34,688 bases of DNA from Pyrobaculum sp. (GCA_046293555.1 JBKBOT010000016.1:1-34688); one strand, 5' to 3'. Numbered from the stretch's first letter, positions 1 to 9,709 are shown. The notes: generated from the sequence alone by a model not told the origin. Translations and numbers: made by a program.

Positions 1-406
1 AGTAACCATATTACCCATTACTCTAGCTGTTGTCTTATCCATACCTCGTGTACCTGGTGTGTCATTAGCGCCTTCATTTTTCGCCATTGTGGGAATTCCC
101 CTTGTTGTTACTAGTGTTATTATCGGTTTGTTTTTTCCCCGGCGTTTTGAAGTAGTGGGGAGTGTGGCTAGGCTTTATGCCCCCTTCCGTAGAGAGGAGT
201 ATGTCGTGAGACAGTTTGTGGGGGAGGTTGAGGACCCCGGCGTTTGGAAGAGGTGGTTTTTCTGTTTCGGCTGGCGTTTTCCATTTACCGCCTGGGCTTA
301 CTGTGGCGACAAGATATATTTCTCTACCTTTAGTTGCAAGGATAGGTGGAGGGTATTTAAGGTGGGGAAGGACGGAGAAGAGAGGGAGCTCTGGCTTTGT
401 GGCTAA
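1..406 (+). CDS. Hypothetical membrane protein, 5'-partial
   Basis: Frame is open from position 2 (VTILPITLAVVLSIPRVPGV...) through the GTG at 59 to TAA at 406. Two hydrophobic stretches precede a soluble aromatic-rich tail. No family recognised. Confidence 0.6.
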   Translation, partial: VTILPITLAVVLSIPRVPGVSLAPSFFAIVGIPLVVTSVIIGLFFPRRFEVVGSVARLYAPFRREEYVVRQFVGEVEDPGVWKRWFFCFGWRFPFTAWAYCGDKIYFSTFSCKDRWRVFKVGKDGEERELWLCG

Positions 407-480
407 CGCCCCTCTAACGCGAGTGGCGTCTCTGTCTAGGCGTTGTTCTTAAGTCTCGAGCGTGTAGACTTGGTGTGAAG

Positions 481-1572
481 CTAGCTGAAGCCGTGTCCTG
501 GCGGCAGTGTGGTGCCTGCTGTCACTCTCGCGCGGCGTGGTATTAAGGCGCCTAGCTTGTAGAACTGGCTTCCCCGCACCTCGATGGGCTCTAGTCTTTC
601 CCGGCTTTCTCTCAGTACAGACATGGTGACGACGTTTGGCTCTATTACCGCCTCTGGGCCCACCACGCTATATGACATAAAGGAGGCTCTCCCTATTGTC
701 GCTCTCTCGCCTATGAGGCTGTGGCTTATCTCAGCCGAGCTCCCCACCACGGCCTCTTCCTCTATGGCTGTGTAGTTACGGACTAGAGTGTGGCTGCCGA
801 CGAAGGCCCCCCTCCCCACATATGCCGGCCCTTTTACCACCGCGTAGTGGTCTATCTCTGCGCCTTCTGACACCACTACTGGCCCCTCTATCACCGCCGT
901 TGGGCTTATTTTGGCGGTTTTAGCTATATATGTATGTTGAGGCGCCGTGTGTTCTAACAGTTGTAATAAGTCCTCAGGGTAGTTCACGTCGTGCCAGACG
1001 CCGCCCCAAGGCACTACGGCTATTTTCCTAACGGATGCCATCTCGTTTAACGTCTCGTAGAGACTCCTGCCTAACGCCTTAATTGCCTCTCTTGGCAGAA
1101 GCGCCACGCCGCCGAAGATCCACTGCCCCCCGCCGCCTATTCTCGCCAGGAGGCCCCCCTCCCTAGTCTCTAAAACGCCATAGCCTTTTGTCAACCTTCT
1201 CGGCACTGCCAACAGTGCCCCGTCGGCGGCTATAGAGACGATACTCTCCACTAAAGCCCTGTAGGCCGCGGGGTCTATATAAACATCGCCGTAGGCCAGC
1301 AGTATGTATGTCTCCGAGCCTAAATACGTCTCCGCCGTGGCTATAGCCTCCTCGATGGTGGCCCCCCTCTCCTCTATGTAGATATATCTCTCCCCCTCCG
1401 GCTGTGGGGTCACCACATAGACGTTGCCAAATATGGAATGTAGGGCGTCTGCAGCGTATTGATACAGCCTTTTTCCACAAACCTTGACATAAGTCTTGGG
1501 GAGGCCGCCTGTGATTTTCTCAAAGAGGCCCGGCCTCCCTCCAGCTAACACTACTGGCGCAATTTTCATCAC
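481..1572 (-). CDS. Sugar-phosphate nucleotidyltransferase with C-terminal left-handed beta-helix (GlmU / NDP-sugar synthase-like)
   Basis: N-terminal VVLAGG...LPK, YGD and WHDVNYPEDL motifs. Hexapeptide repeats (AVIEGPVVVSEGAEI, AVVKGPAYVGRGAFVG). Overlaps the glmS stop codon. Confidence 0.85.
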   Translation of the reverse strand: MMKIAPVVLAGGRPGLFEKITGGLPKTYVKVCGKRLYQYAADALHSIFGNVYVVTPQPEGERYIYIEERGATIEEAIATAETYLGSETYILLAYGDVYIDPAAYRALVESIVSIAADGALLAVPRRLTKGYGVLETREGGLLARIGGGGQWIFGGVALLPREAIKALGRSLYETLNEMASVRKIAVVPWGGVWHDVNYPEDLLQLLEHTAPQHTYIAKTAKISPTAVIEGPVVVSEGAEIDHYAVVKGPAYVGRGAFVGSHTLVRNYTAIEEEAVVGSSAEISHSLIGERATIGRASFMSYSVVGPEAVIEPNVVTMSVLRESRERLEPIEVRGSQFYKLGALIPRRARVTAGTTLPPGHGFS

Positions 1573-3362
1573 TCTACCGTTACGGTCTTCGCTAGGTTTC
1601 TCGGCTTGTCTGGATCGTATCCTCTCTCTACTGCGGTGAAGTAGGCTAAGAGCTGTAGCGGCGTTATGTATACCACCGGCGTCACGACGTCATCTACGTC
1701 TGGCACCTCTATAGGCCAGTCTAGCTTCTGGACTAAGTCGCTTCTGGCGGGAACAACGCCTATAGTATAGGCGCCACGCGCCTTCATCTCTGCCACGTTG
1801 TTTAAAGTTTTTTCTCTTGTGGCGGGGTCTGAAAAGATGAAGACTGTGGGGAAGCCCTCCTCCACCAACGCGATGGGGCCGTGTTTAGACTCGCCCGCCG
1901 GGTAGGCCTCTGCGTGTATATACGCTATTTCCTTTAGCTTCAAGGCCCCCTCCATGGCCACTGGTACTGCCGCCCCCCTGCCGAGATAATACGCGCTATG
2001 TCTTCCCGCCAGCTTTTTGGCAAGCGCCTTGGCGGAGCCGGCGGTGGTCTCTATAGTCTTTCTGACCACATTGGGCAGATTCTTTAGGCTGTTTATAACC
2101 TCTCTGCCTAACGTCCTCACAAGCGATATATATATAGCGGCCAAAGTGGCCACTTGTGTTGTGAAAGTCTTCGTGGCGGCGACGCCGATCTCAGGCCCCG
2201 CCCTGGTGTATATAACCACGTCGCTCTCTCGAGAGAGAGTGCTCCCCACCACGTTGGTCACCGCTACCACTTTCACCCCCCTCTCCCTCATGGCCCTCAC
2301 GGCCTTTATGGTGTCGATAGTCTCGCCAGATTGCGAGATGGCCACAGCCACGTCGTCTTTGTCAAAGACGTCTTCATATATGGCATATTCTGACGCCACT
2401 ACAGGCGTGGAGATCAGCCTGGCCTTTAGCAGGAGGTGTCTAAAGACAAGCCCCGCGTGGTAGGAAGAGCCAGCGGCGACGATGTAAATATTTCTAGAGG
2501 CCAGGAGGAGATCTGCCACCTTCTCCAGCTGTCCCCACTCCAGACCCGCCACGGTGCTCGCCAAAGACTCCGGCTGTTCGTATATCTCTTTAAGCATAAA
2601 GTGGGGGTAACCGCCCTTTGTGGCCATCTCGGCGCTCCAGGGGATTTCCTCAAGTCTCTCCCAAGGGTTTTGTAAAACGCCATCGAGCTCAATCACCACG
2701 TCGGCGGGCGTCACGTAGCCATACTCCCCGTCTCTCACCGTTATGACTCTCTTTGTGTGATCAAGCACGGTCGGTATGTCGCTAGCCACCACGTTAAAGC
2801 CTTCACCCACGCCGATAACCAACGGGGAGAGATTACGGGCGAAGTAAATAACGTCTGGCGTCTCCACGTCGATAAGGACAATGGCGTACGCCCCCCTTAT
2901 CCTCCTTAACGCCTTCTTAAAGGCAGAGAAGGTATCTAGCCCCTCCCTCTTGTATTCCTCCACCAGGTGGACAAACGCCTCTGTATCTGTCTCAGATCTA
3001 AACACATGGCCCCTCTTTGTTAACTCCTCTCTTAACTCGGCGTAATTCTCAATTATGCCGTTGTGGATAACTGCAAGCGTTCCGCGGCAGTCTGTATGCG
3101 GATGGGCGTTAACTTGGCTAGGCCTCCCGTGGGTAGCCCAGCGGGTGTGAGCAATCCCCACAGAGCCGCTCAAACTGACTACATTATGTCTGGCTACCAC
3201 TTCAGCCACCTTACCCACGTCTTTTCTAACTACAAGCCTCTCGCCTATAGTGGCGACGCCGGCTGAGTCATAACCTCTATACTCAAGCCTCTCTAAAGCC
3301 CTTTTTAACACTACGCCAAGAGGCCTCTGACCGCCATACACTAGACCAAAAATACCACACAT
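1569..3362 (-). CDS. glmS: Glutamine--fructose-6-phosphate aminotransferase (isomerizing)
   Basis: MCGIFG N-terminus (catalytic Cys; start at ATG 3362), RGYDSAG, GIAHTRWATHG, HNGIIEN, SQSGET and C-terminal DKPRNLAKTVTVE. Confidence 0.98.
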   Translation of the reverse strand: MCGIFGLVYGGQRPLGVVLKRALERLEYRGYDSAGVATIGERLVVRKDVGKVAEVVARHNVVSLSGSVGIAHTRWATHGRPSQVNAHPHTDCRGTLAVIHNGIIENYAELREELTKRGHVFRSETDTEAFVHLVEEYKREGLDTFSAFKKALRRIRGAYAIVLIDVETPDVIYFARNLSPLVIGVGEGFNVVASDIPTVLDHTKRVITVRDGEYGYVTPADVVIELDGVLQNPWERLEEIPWSAEMATKGGYPHFMLKEIYEQPESLASTVAGLEWGQLEKVADLLLASRNIYIVAAGSSYHAGLVFRHLLLKARLISTPVVASEYAIYEDVFDKDDVAVAISQSGETIDTIKAVRAMRERGVKVVAVTNVVGSTLSRESDVVIYTRAGPEIGVAATKTFTTQVATLAAIYISLVRTLGREVINSLKNLPNVVRKTIETTAGSAKALAKKLAGRHSAYYLGRGAAVPVAMEGALKLKEIAYIHAEAYPAGESKHGPIALVEEGFPTVFIFSDPATREKTLNNVAEMKARGAYTIGVVPARSDLVQKLDWPIEVPDVDDVVTPVVYITPLQLLAYFTAVERGYDPDKPRNLAKTVTVE

Positions 3363-3404
3363 AACACACATCTAAGGCATATATTTAATAATTCCCACGA
3401 CGTA

Positions 3405-3596
3405 ATGCCACCTATAACTAGAGGCAAGAAAGGGCAAGGCCCTCGCCATTTGTTTGTAACCTCTCGGCGGTTATGTGCCGTGAAGAGGGAGTTAGAAGAC
3501 GTCAATGTGACGACTGTAGACTTCATAAACCCATACAGTGTATACCTCCTCCCTGTCGTGGCGCCGTCTTATATGGTAACGTCCATTTCCCGTTAG
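3405..3596 (+). CDS. Possible small hypothetical protein (63 aa), doubtful
   Basis: ATG lies about 20 nt after an AT-rich TATA-like element that could equally serve glmS. No recognisable motif. Confidence 0.2.
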   Translation: MPPITRGKKGQGPRHLFVTSRRLCAVKRELEDVNVTTVDFINPYSVYLLPVVAPSYMVTSISR

Positions 3597-3651
3597 TAGG
3601 TCTGTAGGGAACTGCTGCGTGTAGAAGAGTGCCGAAATTACTGTATTAGTC

Positions 3652-3707
3652 ATCTCAGCGCCGCTGAAGGGCGTTCACTTTTCACGTGAACCTCTAGTCA
3701 TCACCAC
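3652..3707 (-). ncRNA. Box C/D methylation-guide sRNA
   Basis: Minus strand reads GTGATGA (C, 3704-3698) - CTAGAGGTTCAC - GTGA (D') - AAA - GTGAACG (degenerate C') - CCCTTCAGCGGCG - CTGA (D, 3658-3655). The span is 50 nt with 12-13 nt guides. The C box overlaps the stop codon of the DHH gene. Confidence 0.8.
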
Positions 3708-4624
3708 CTTATCTCTACACAGTTTGGTATTTTAGCACACCTCCCCAGAGAGTATACCGCCTCTGGTTTTAACATGTCGACTAGTTGGCGTAGTGGTTTT
3801 GAGTTGTGGAGTGGTGGGGCTTTTATCACGGCGCCTGAGGCGTATTTGTGTCCCCCTCCCCCAAGCGGCTTGGCTATTTTTGTGCAGTCGTACTGGCTTT
3901 CTCTATGGGCCCCGCAGTATAGCCTATATGTCCTCCAGCCTCTTTTTACCAACAGGTTGACAAACTTGGCGCCTTTTTTCTCCAGCTCTATTACTAACGC
4001 GCGGTAGGAGATACCCAGCCTCGTGGGGCTGTAAATAAACAGAGTCTCGTCTATAGGGATCGCCTCTGCGATTTTTTTCACCAACTGGTCCCTCTCTAGC
4101 CCCCTCTGCGCCATTGTTCTCAACGGCCCCTCCCCCACGGCCTTTAGCCCTCTCTCTGCCAGCATCTCTACGGCTAGTAGCTTTTCTTTTGTCGTGGCGT
4201 GTCTCACCGCCAGGTCTAAAAGTCTGATATTCTCGTCTCTGATGTCTGCAGTATCTGTCTGAATTGCCGCCTCCACAAGCTCTCTGGCCACTGGGTCTCC
4301 CTCTAGCCCCAACGCCTTTGCAGCCAACAGGGCGGCTGCGGGGGCCTCTGGGTCGTAGAATTCCACCTCTGCGCAGGGTGTGTTGGTCTTGTGGTGATCT
4401 GCCCTCACCCTGGCCTTGCCCGGACAGGGGAGGTCCGCCACGAAGTCCCACGTCAGTAGTTTAACCCACAGCTTTTTTACATCTGTGGGGCCCGCCAACA
4501 CCACCACCCCCTCTGGGTACCTCCGTTTGAATAAAGCGGCGGAGGCTATTCCATCTACATCGCCGCCGTCGCATAACGCCAGTGGCTTGTGTCTGATCCT
4601 TGCCGCCAAAGCCCGGAGGGCCAT
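3701..4624 (-). CDS. DHH-family phosphoesterase with DHHA1 domain
   Basis: GDVDG, ADL, DHH and C-terminal GGGGHKYASGA motifs. Confidence 0.85.
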   Translation of the reverse strand: MALRALAARIRHKPLALCDGGDVDGIASAALFKRRYPEGVVVLAGPTDVKKLWVKLLTWDFVADLPCPGKARVRADHHKTNTPCAEVEFYDPEAPAAALLAAKALGLEGDPVARELVEAAIQTDTADIRDENIRLLDLAVRHATTKEKLLAVEMLAERGLKAVGEGPLRTMAQRGLERDQLVKKIAEAIPIDETLFIYSPTRLGISYRALVIELEKKGAKFVNLLVKRGWRTYRLYCGAHRESQYDCTKIAKPLGGGGHKYASGAVIKAPPLHNSKPLRQLVDMLKPEAVYSLGRCAKIPNCVEIRW

Positions 4625-4656
4625 TAAGCTTTAATTTACAAAGATTTTTTATACTG

Positions 4657-5205
4657 TTGAGACTGGGCTACCTGGGGCGGAGGGGCATATTTGAGGAGGT
4701 GAGGAGGATAGCTTTCGACGTGGCTTTCTTTGAGCGTGGAGATATAACGCTTGTAGATGCCGGCATTAGGGAGAGGGGTGACATAATCCTCCCCTGTGGG
4801 GACTACCGCTGTCTGGCGTTAGAGCTTTTCATCAAACTGCCCAGACTGCTGGGCGGGGGGAAGCTCGGCGTCGATTTAGGCACGTCTAGAAACGGGGTGG
4901 CGTATGTATGGGGCGGGCGGCCTCTCCTCCACGCGGTCTTAGACTGGGTGGCGGTAGAGGAGATCTTAAAGAACTCTAGCTCGCTAGAGGTGTTCATAGG
5001 CTCCTCGCCATATGTAGACGTCAAGAGGGCGGCCTCCCTCCTCTGTAGGGAGGTACATCTAGTAGACGAGGTGACTGCCAGCTGGTCGCGACCCTGGCTG
5101 AAAAGACTCTACCCACAGCTACAAGAAGACGAGATAGACGCCCTTTCTTTCACACTACACGACGGGGTGGTGGCCAGTATGTGTGTATCACACCGCAACA
5201 TTTAA
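4657..5205 (+). CDS. Hypothetical protein with YqgF/RNase H-like domain
   Basis: GVDLGTSRNGVA, VFIG, LVDE..AS and IDA match the YqgF-type catalytic pattern. Start placed at TTG 4657 because the 4600 start overlaps the divergent DHH gene. Confidence 0.6.
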   Translation: MRLGYLGRRGIFEEVRRIAFDVAFFERGDITLVDAGIRERGDIILPCGDYRCLALELFIKLPRLLGGGKLGVDLGTSRNGVAYVWGGRPLLHAVLDWVAVEEILKNSSSLEVFIGSSPYVDVKRAASLLCREVHLVDEVTASWSRPWLKRLYPQLQEDEIDALSFTLHDGVVASMCVSHRNI

Positions 5206-5228
5206 ATGAGGTGGCGGTAAGAGGCTGT

Positions 5229-5390
5229 GTGTATGTGGTGAAGTGCGACTCCTGTGACTACGTGTTATATAAGAAGGAGGTGCCGAAAACCGTGGAGGCG
5301 GTGTGGAAGATGTGGGGCGGGATATGTCCAAAATGTATGTCGCCTCTCGAGAAGAAGCCTATCAAAATCGCGGTGGGGGCTAGACGCTAA
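5229..5390 (+). CDS. Small zinc-ribbon protein
   Basis: CDSC...CPKC pair. GTG start at 5229 follows a TTTAAAT element near 5201. Confidence 0.7.
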   Translation: MYVVKCDSCDYVLYKKEVPKTVEAVWKMWGGICPKCMSPLEKKPIKIAVGARR

Positions 5391-5419
5391 AAGATATATT
5401 TACCGCCCCCTTCCCCCCC

Positions 5420-7723
5420 ATGAGGAGGCTAGACAAGTTTCTCCTCGTCGTGCCGCCACTCCTGGCGATATTCGCCATGGCTCTCTACGTCAGGATGTAT
5501 AGAGTATTTCTCTGGGGGTGGTGGATAGACGAGTTTGATCCATACATAAGGTACTACCTGGCTAGATACACGCTTGAAAACGGCGTGGGGTGGTGGTGGC
5601 GGGAGGGAGATCACTTCACCCAGTTTTGGTACCCCCACGGCGTGGAGTGGGGGAAGATATTACTCCCCGGCACCTCTCTATATGGGCTATTTGTCTACGA
5701 GATATTAAGACCCCTCGGCGTGGACCTCTGGCATGCAGTCATAGCCGCACCCGCCGTGATGAACTCGCTGGCGGTTTTCTCCATGTTTTACCTAGGCTAT
5801 AGGGTGGGGGAATCTCTAGGCGTTTCCAACGGCGGCGTGAAAGTGGGGCTGCTGGCAGCTCTGCTGACAGCCATAGCCCCCGCCTTCATCGAGCGGGGTC
5901 TCGCCGGGTGGTTTGACGACGAGCCCATAAGCCTCTTCTTAATCCCGCTGGGCCTTGCGTTATTAATCGACGGACTTAAGAGGCCTTGGGCTGGAGCTCT
6001 CGCCGGCGTTGTTTTAGGCTATGTGGCTTGGACGTGGGGTGCCCACTTCTATCTCTGGAACTTAGTGGGGCTTTATGCCGTTACACTCCCCACATATTAC
6101 TTCCTAAAGCTGGCCTTTACTCAAAGACGTGTGGACAAAAAGACGCGGCGGAGAGAGGAGATACAGACGGGGCTTCCTTTCGACGCCGGCAACTTGTTTC
6201 TCTCCTATCTCCTCTTTTACGTCGTCTATACGGCCTTTGTGGCATCTATCCCGAGGTACGGCCCGAACACTTTATTAAGCGCCTTCAACATATTGCCCAC
6301 ATTTGGCCTTCTGGTTACTGCTGTCACCTGGCTTCTAGACTCAAGAATTGGAGTCACCAAGTCTGTAGAGCTCTTACGTAAGTACATGTGGGTTGTGGTA
6401 ACTCTTGTAGCCGTTGGCATGAGCTTATTTACGTTAGCCATAGCCACCGGGGCGGTAGGAGGCAAGTTTTTAGCCACTCTATTTCCCGTAGGCCGTTCAG
6501 CCATTGTGGCCAGCGTGGCGGAACACGCCACTACGGCCTTCGGGCAGATACTGACTAGATATGGCCCACTCCTGCCGTTTATAATTGCGGCTGTGCCGTA
6601 TATATACACCCCACAGGGCCTCGTGGCTCTGACATATCTAGCCACGGCGGGTTACGCCGCCGCCACGATGGTACGCCTCCTCGTCCTCCTGGCCCCCATA
6701 GCCTTAGTGGCGGCGGCGGCGGGGATTGTGAGGCTGATGGAAAACAGGCGGTTGGGGTTTTTAGTCATGGCTGCGGCGCTCATCTCGATAATCATAATGG
6801 CCAACTCTGCCGCCGGGTTGGCTAGACAGCCCCCACAAATAGTTACCTCCGCGGTGGGCTTTGTAAGCGACGACTTTCTCGACGCCTTGATGTGGCTAAA
6901 GACCAGACTGCCGCCCTACGAGCCTGTGGCGTCTTGGTGGGATTACGGCTATTGGATCTCTGTGGTGGGCAATAAGACAAGTCTGGCAGATAACTCCACC
7001 ATAAATGCCACCCAGATCGGGAAGATAGGCCTCGCCATGATGTCGCCGCCGCAAGTAGGCGCCTCCATATTTTCAAAAGAGCTGGGGGCAAAATACGTCC
7101 TCGCAATTATGCCTTTCTACATATCTTCTAACATCTTAATCCACGAGGCCCCCCCGGGCGGGGATTTCCTCAAGTCCTACTGGATGTTCCGAATAGCGGT
7201 TGAAAACATCCCACATGCAGAAGGGGCGTTGGGGGTGGGGGCTGCCTCCCCAGAGGACTTCTTCTACACCCACGTCATGTCTTACCCAGGCGTGGACCCC
7301 AGACCTGGCTATGCCTACTTTACGGTACAGGGCAGTCCATACCCCGTGCCGGTAGATTTAAACAGGACGCTATATGTCATGTTGTTTAGCAAGGCCAGGC
7401 TGGCGCCTATTTACGGCAACGACGCTAAAAACCTGCCCTGGATCTTTGAGGGTGTGTACCAAGAGGGCTCTTTTATCTCCTTTAGAAAGCTGGGGCTTGT
7501 GGGGGGAAATCTCTACCTGCCTGGCGACATCCCCCCCGGCCTGCAGGGCTTACCGGTATATACCATCAAGAGCTGGACTGCAGACGGCTGGAACGTGGTG
7601 GTAGACCCGTTGGCCAACAAGACGGCGGCGGTAGGGCTTATAACCACGCCGCCGGGGCCGCTGAGACCCGTCTATATATCGAAGCCCTACGGCTGGGTGG
7701 TGGTGTATGAAATCACGTCGTGA
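5420..7723 (+). CDS. aglB: Oligosaccharyltransferase AglB (STT3 family)
   Basis: EFDPY, GWFDDE, SVAEH, WWDYG and DNST motifs, with a multi-pass N-terminal region. Confidence 0.96.
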   Translation: MRRLDKFLLVVPPLLAIFAMALYVRMYRVFLWGWWIDEFDPYIRYYLARYTLENGVGWWWREGDHFTQFWYPHGVEWGKILLPGTSLYGLFVYEILRPLGVDLWHAVIAAPAVMNSLAVFSMFYLGYRVGESLGVSNGGVKVGLLAALLTAIAPAFIERGLAGWFDDEPISLFLIPLGLALLIDGLKRPWAGALAGVVLGYVAWTWGAHFYLWNLVGLYAVTLPTYYFLKLAFTQRRVDKKTRRREEIQTGLPFDAGNLFLSYLLFYVVYTAFVASIPRYGPNTLLSAFNILPTFGLLVTAVTWLLDSRIGVTKSVELLRKYMWVVVTLVAVGMSLFTLAIATGAVGGKFLATLFPVGRSAIVASVAEHATTAFGQILTRYGPLLPFIIAAVPYIYTPQGLVALTYLATAGYAAATMVRLLVLLAPIALVAAAAGIVRLMENRRLGFLVMAAALISIIIMANSAAGLARQPPQIVTSAVGFVSDDFLDALMWLKTRLPPYEPVASWWDYGYWISVVGNKTSLADNSTINATQIGKIGLAMMSPPQVGASIFSKELGAKYVLAIMPFYISSNILIHEAPPGGDFLKSYWMFRIAVENIPHAEGALGVGAASPEDFFYTHVMSYPGVDPRPGYAYFTVQGSPYPVPVDLNRTLYVMLFSKARLAPIYGNDAKNLPWIFEGVYQEGSFISFRKLGLVGGNLYLPGDIPPGLQGLPVYTIKSWTADGWNVVVDPLANKTAAVGLITTPPGPLRPVYISKPYGWVVVYEITS

Positions 7724-7931
7724 TTTCTTTTATAATCTGTTCTTTTGTCTCCTCTCTAGCTGGCAGCAGTCCTAGAGATAGCTTCTGTAGAATCCTATAG
7801 CGCTGGTATCTATCCTCCGGCGAGAACTTCGGCGGGTGGGGTACCTTAACCTCGCCGCCACATTTGGGGCATGTGGACTTGGAGAGCGTGTAGGCGCCAC
7901 ATCTTACACACCGCCTTAGTAGAGACTTCAT
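7713..7931 (-). CDS. nop10: H/ACA RNP protein Nop10
   Basis: CxxC...YTL...CPKCG...HPPKFSPEDRY, directly downstream of aIF2-alpha. Confidence 0.95.
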   Translation of the reverse strand: MKSLLRRCVRCGAYTLSKSTCPKCGGEVKVPHPPKFSPEDRYQRYRILQKLSLGLLPAREETKEQIIKEITT

Positions 7932-8722
7932 TCAATTCGCTGTACCGTGGCGATAATTTTGTACCTCTTCTGTAACGTCTGTAGGATGTTTCCCACCTCT
8001 GTAAAAGCTGCCTCCACCTGTTTTGGCATCTGGCCGGCCAGGTCTACCCTATATCTCGGGGGGCCTATCACGTAGATTTTTACCGAGACTTGTGGATACT
8101 TTTCGCCTATTGTCCTAGCCAGCTCGGCCAGGGCGTTTCTTATCTTCTCCACCCCGTCTCCCTCCACGCTCACAGCCTTTATGACGCCAGAGATCTTGGT
8201 GGTGGGCACCTCTATCTGCTGCCGCGCGATTTCTATGACCTGTTCTCTAAGGGCTGGGTCTAGCTCCAAGCCCTCCAAGACCTGAGGCCCGGTCTTCACC
8301 ACTTCTTCAAACACCTTGAAGGGATCCCCAAAGTGTTCCTCAAGATGCCACATGATGGCATAGGCGTCCTGGGGGGGCCTCCCCAATTTCTTCAGGGCGA
8401 TTTCCAACAGCTTTAACGTCCTTAACCTATGTCGGTAGAGAAGAAGTTTTTTCTCCTTCTCGTCTACCCTAACGCGTTTAAGAGAGATCTCTACTACCTT
8501 CATCTTGGGGTTTACGCTAATTACCTTAAACACAGTCTTGTTGCCCTCCTTGACGTAATCCCTCACGCTGTGGAACCAAGACTGTAGCACCTCCTGCGCC
8601 GGGGCGAAAGCCTCTATGTCGTACTCGTCTAGGTGCACGTAGACGCCGTGTTCTGCAATCTTCTTGACTGTCCCTATGACCAGTTCCCCCACTTCTGGAA
8701 ACTCTTTTTTGACTAGCCTCAT
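7928..8722 (-). CDS. eif2a: Translation initiation factor aIF2 alpha
   Basis: [12 protein letters not shown]1 domain, LDEY and YVIGPPRYR. Start at ATG 8722 (ATGA overlap with rps27e). Confidence 0.96.
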   Translation of the reverse strand: MRLVKKEFPEVGELVIGTVKKIAEHGVYVHLDEYDIEAFAPAQEVLQSWFHSVRDYVKEGNKTVFKVISVNPKMKVVEISLKRVRVDEKEKKLLLYRHRLRTLKLLEIALKKLGRPPQDAYAIMWHLEEHFGDPFKVFEEVVKTGPQVLEGLELDPALREQVIEIARQQIEVPTTKISGVIKAVSVEGDGVEKIRNALAELARTIGEKYPQVSVKIYVIGPPRYRVDLAGQMPKQVEAAFTEVGNILQTLQKRYKIIATVQRIE

Positions 8723-8922
8723 TCTAGAATCTTTACTACATGTCCGGCAAACTTCGCCTTGCCCCCTGTAGGCTGAGCTAAAACTCTGCCGCAGACCAAA
8801 CATCTAACCACTATGGAGGCGTGGCTGAAAGTCACCTGCTCGTTTCCACATTCTGGACACCTCACCTTTATGAACCTGCTCCGTGGCTGCGGTATTAAGA
8901 TCTTGGTGAACCTTGTCGGCAT
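8719..8922 (-). CDS. rps27e: 30S ribosomal protein S27e
   Basis: [23 protein letters not shown]...CLVCG...PTGGKA. Confidence 0.97.
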   Translation of the reverse strand: MPTRFTKILIPQPRSRFIKVRCPECGNEQVTFSHASIVVRCLVCGRVLAQPTGGKAKFAGHVVKILE

Positions 8923-8923
8923 G

Positions 8924-9199
8924 TTATACAAGCTCTACCTTTTTCATCCTTCCCAAACTTCTTACAGACTTGTAGCCACATTTGGTGCAGGTAAAGACTA
9001 GGGTCACCTTTTTGTTCACCTTGGCGAATCTCTTCTGTTTAGGCTTTGGGGAGGAGCCGTAGCCCTCTAGCTTTCTCTCATATCTCCTCTGGCCCTCCGC
9101 AAGGCTTCGCCTCTGCCCGCCGTGATATGTAGAGACGTTATGTTTCGTATATGTGTCGCAACGAGGGCAATACGCCTTTTTAGACTTGGGGAACTTCAT
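8924..9199 (-). CDS. rpl44e: 50S ribosomal protein L44e (eL42)
   Basis: YCPRC...H...[11 protein letters not shown]...KVNKK...CTKCG. Confidence 0.97.
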   Translation of the reverse strand: MKFPKSKKAYCPRCDTYTKHNVSTYHGGQRRSLAEGQRRYERKLEGYGSSPKPKQKRFAKVNKKVTLVFTCTKCGYKSVRSLGRMKKVELV

Positions 9200-9229
9200 G
9201 CCCCCTCCAAAATTCGGAAAATAAATGTT

Positions 9230-9709
9230 TTACTGCATGAACCTCCTGACGACGCCCTGTCTCTCCAGGTCTTTGGCGTCTCTTGACGGCAGTTTGGCCA
9301 AGTCGCCCCTATTAAAGGGCCCGATCTGGACGAAATCCTCTGTCAACACCGCTGGATGCGACATGAGGAACTGAACCACGACGTAGTCCTCCGCCTTTCT
9401 CCCCTGTGGCTGAGCTTGTAGAATTTTTACCAGAGGCCTCACTAGCCTCTCCTCCTCTGCCGTGACGTTTTCTAAAGTCCTCCCCTGGCCTAGCTCCCAG
9501 AGGATTTTTCTAGTCCTGACCTCCATTATGGCGAGAAGAGTTAAGACGGCCTGTCTCTTTACCTCTTCCCTCAGGCCGTGGGGCAGCTGTGTGGAGTGGA
9601 GTTCTTTTGTGAACTGTTCTGCTATCTCGGCGTAGGACTCAAATGGCGGCGTGGAGAGGAGCTTAGAGCTTATCTCGGCCTGTAGCCAGAGCTTCAGCTT
9701 GTCAATCAT
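9230..9709 (-). CDS. GINS subunit, Gins15/Gins51 type (A-domain then B-domain)
   Basis: Helical N-domain (EVRTRKI, NVTAEE) and C-terminal B-domain ([20 protein letters not shown]). Occupies the canonical position downstream of priS. Confidence 0.8.
   Translation of the reverse strand: MIDKLKLWLQAEISSKLLSTPPFESYAEIAEQFTKELHSTQLPHGLREEVKRQAVLTLLAIMEVRTRKILWELGQGRTLENVTAEEERLVRPLVKILQAQPQGRKAEDYVVVQFLMSHPAVLTEDFVQIGPFNRGDLAKLPSRDAKDLERQGVVRRFMQ

Noticed and set aside
403-420. Short direct repeat CTAACGC x2
   Set aside because: Only two 7-nt copies; not a CRISPR array or a meaningful repeat.
3480-3530. GTGAAGA...GTGACGA as C and C' boxes
   Set aside because: No D or D' box at the appropriate spacing.
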